From: Balanoglossus misakiensis
Lineage: Eukaryota; Animalia; Hemichordata
Length of the DNA: 64,000 bases
NCBI GenBank assembly: GCA_040954595.2
Contig: CM082586.2
Location: 2,919,124-2,983,123 of the forward strand
Direction: 5' to 3'
Shown: one piece after another, positions 61,901-64,000 of the stretch
Layout: each line of letters begins with the position of its first letter
Position numbering within the stretch: the first letter of the stretch is position 1
Made by a program: the position numbers and the translations under genes
Notes under the pieces: generated by a model
What the model saw: the letters and a program-made list of their open reading frames with translations, nothing else
Told to the model about the DNA's origin: nothing
Databases searched by the model: none

Positions 61901-64000
61901 TTCGACTTCGCGGATTTTCAAAATTTGGTGATTTTTTGATAAAAAGCATGGGTTATAGCTCATGAAAATCATCCAGAAATGTCAATTTTTCGACTTCGCG
62001 GATTTTCAAAATTTGGTGATTTTCTGATAAAAAGCATGGGTTATAGCTCATGAAAATCATCCAGAAATGTCAATTTTTCGACTTCGCGGATTTTCAAAAT
62101 TTGGCGATTTTTTGATTAAAACCATGGGTTATAGCTCATGAAAATCATCCAGAAATGTTAATTTTTCGACTTCGCGGATTTTCAAAATTTGGCGATTTTT
62201 TGATAAAAAGCATGGGTTATAGCTCATGAAAATCATCCAGAAATGTCAATTTTTCGACTTCGCGGATTTTCAAAATTTGGTGATTTTTTGATAAAAACCA
62301 TGGGTTATAGCTCATGAAAATCATCCAGAAATGTCAATTTTTCGACTTCGCGGATTTTCAAAATTTCTTCATTTTTTCGAAAAAACCATGGGTTATAGCT
62401 CATGAAAATCATCCAGAAATGTCAATTTTTCGACTTCGCGGATTTTCAAAATTTGGTGATTTTTTGATAAAAACCATGGGTTATAGCTCATGAAAATCAT
62501 CCAGAAATGTCAATTTTTCGACTTCGCGGATTTTCAAAATTTGGTGATTTTTTGATAAAAACCATGGGTTATAGCTCATGAAAATCATCCAGAAATGTCA
62601 ATTTTTCGACTTCGCGGATTTTCAAAATTTGGTGATTTTTTGATAAAAACCATGGGTTATAGCTCATGAAAATCATCCAGAAATGTCAATTTTTCGACTT
62701 CGCGGATTTTCAAAATTTGGTGATTTTTTGATAAAAAGCATGGGTTATAGCTCATGAAAATCATCCAGAAATGTCAATTTTTCGACTTCGCGGATTTTCA
62801 AAATTTGGTGATTTTTTGATAAAAAGCATGGGTTATAGCTCATGAAAATCATCCAGAAATGTCAATTTTTCGACTTCGCGGATTTTCAAAATTTGGTGAT
62901 TTTCTGATAAAAAGCATGGGTTATAGCTCATGAAAATCATCCAGAAATGTCAATTTTTCGACTTCGCGGATTTTCAAAATTTGGCGATTTTTTGATAAAA
63001 ACCATGGGTTATAGCTCATGAAAATCATCCAGAAATGTTAATTTTTCGACTTCGCGGATTTTCAAAATTTGGCGATTTTTTGATAAAAACCATGGGTTAT
63101 AGCTCATGAAAATCATCCAGAAATGTCAATTTTTCGACTTCGCGGATTTTCAAAATTTGGTGATTTTTTGATAAAAACCATGGGTTATAGCTCATGAAAA
63201 TCATCCAGAAATGTCAATTTTTCGACTTCGCGGATTTTCAAAATTTCTTCATTTTTTCGAAAAAACCATGGGTTATAGCTCATGAAAATCATCCAGAAAT
63301 GTCAATTTTTCGACTTCGCGGATTTTCAAAATTTGGTGATTTTTTGATAAAAACCATGGGTTATAGCTCATGAAAATCATCCAGAAATGTCAATTTTTCG
63401 ACTTCGCGGATTTTCAAAATTTGGTGATTTTTTGATAAAACTCATGGGTTATAGCTCATGAAAATCATCCAGAAATGTCAATTTTTCGACTTCGCGGATT
63501 TTCAAAATTTGGTGATTTTTTGATAAAAACCATGGGTTATAGCTCATGAAAATCATCCAGAAATGTCAATTTTTCGACTTCGCGGATTTTCAAAATTTGG
63601 TGATTTTTTGATAAAAAGCATGGGTTATAGCTCATGAAAATCATCCAGAAATGTCAATTTTTCGACTTCGCGGATTTTCAAAATTTGGTGATTTTTTGAT
63701 AAAAACCATGGGTTATAGCTCATGAAAATCATCCAGAAATGTCAATTTTTCGACTTCGCGGATTTTCAAAATTTGGTGATTTTTTGATAAAAACCATGGG
63801 TTATAGCTCATGAAAATCATCCAGAAATGTCAATTTTTCGACTTCGCGGATTTTCAAAATTTGGTGATTTTTTGATAAAAACCATTGGTTATAGCTCATG
63901 AAAATCATCCAGAAATGTCAATTTTTCGACTTCGCGGATTTTCAAAATTTGGTGATTTTTTGATAAAAACCATGGGTTATAGCTCATGAAAATCATCCAG
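43924..64000. repeat. 88-bp AT-rich tandem satellite array (more than 20 kb, runs off the window)
   Basis: Unit catgggttatagctcatgaaaatcatccagaaatgtcaatttttcgacttcgcggattttcaaaatttggtgattttttgataaaaac; period 88 (e.g. 55171 to 55259); orientation switches near 44530, 45461, 45616 and 54554. Confidence 0.98.

Noticed and set aside
43924-64000. CRISPR array or coding repeat (ORFs 45360-45548, 54911-55108)
   Set aside because: There are no unique spacers, only head-to-tail 88-bp monomers in a eukaryotic context. The ORFs arise only at inversion or indel junctions.

Overview
Metazoan (invertebrate-like) genomic DNA with short GT-AG introns; not prokaryotic. Bases 1-43.9 kb hold a gene cluster rich in innate-immunity and cell-death domains. 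(1) An LRR + death-domain gene (-). (2) A giant gene (+, 8358-29862; about 54 exons and about 3,200 aa by manual splicing) encoding a doubled Roco protein: cysteine-type LRRs, a degenerate pseudo-Roc-COR, an MBT methyl-lysine reader, LRRs with an inserted EF-hand, an intact Roc-COR, two TIR domains (only the second keeps the catalytic Glu) and a C-terminal CaaL prenylation motif; no kinase domain was seen. (3) An intronless class A GPCR with an NRY motif. (4) A tandem-DED (FLIP-short-like) gene. (5) PGGHG (GH65). (6) An IFI44-like P-loop GTPase gene, head-to-head with PGGHG. Several MITE families sit in the introns. From 43.9 kb to the window end is an 88-bp satellite array with four orientation switches and local higher-order duplications. 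Exon structures and domain calls were made by eye from splice signals, reading frame and motifs, without database searches.
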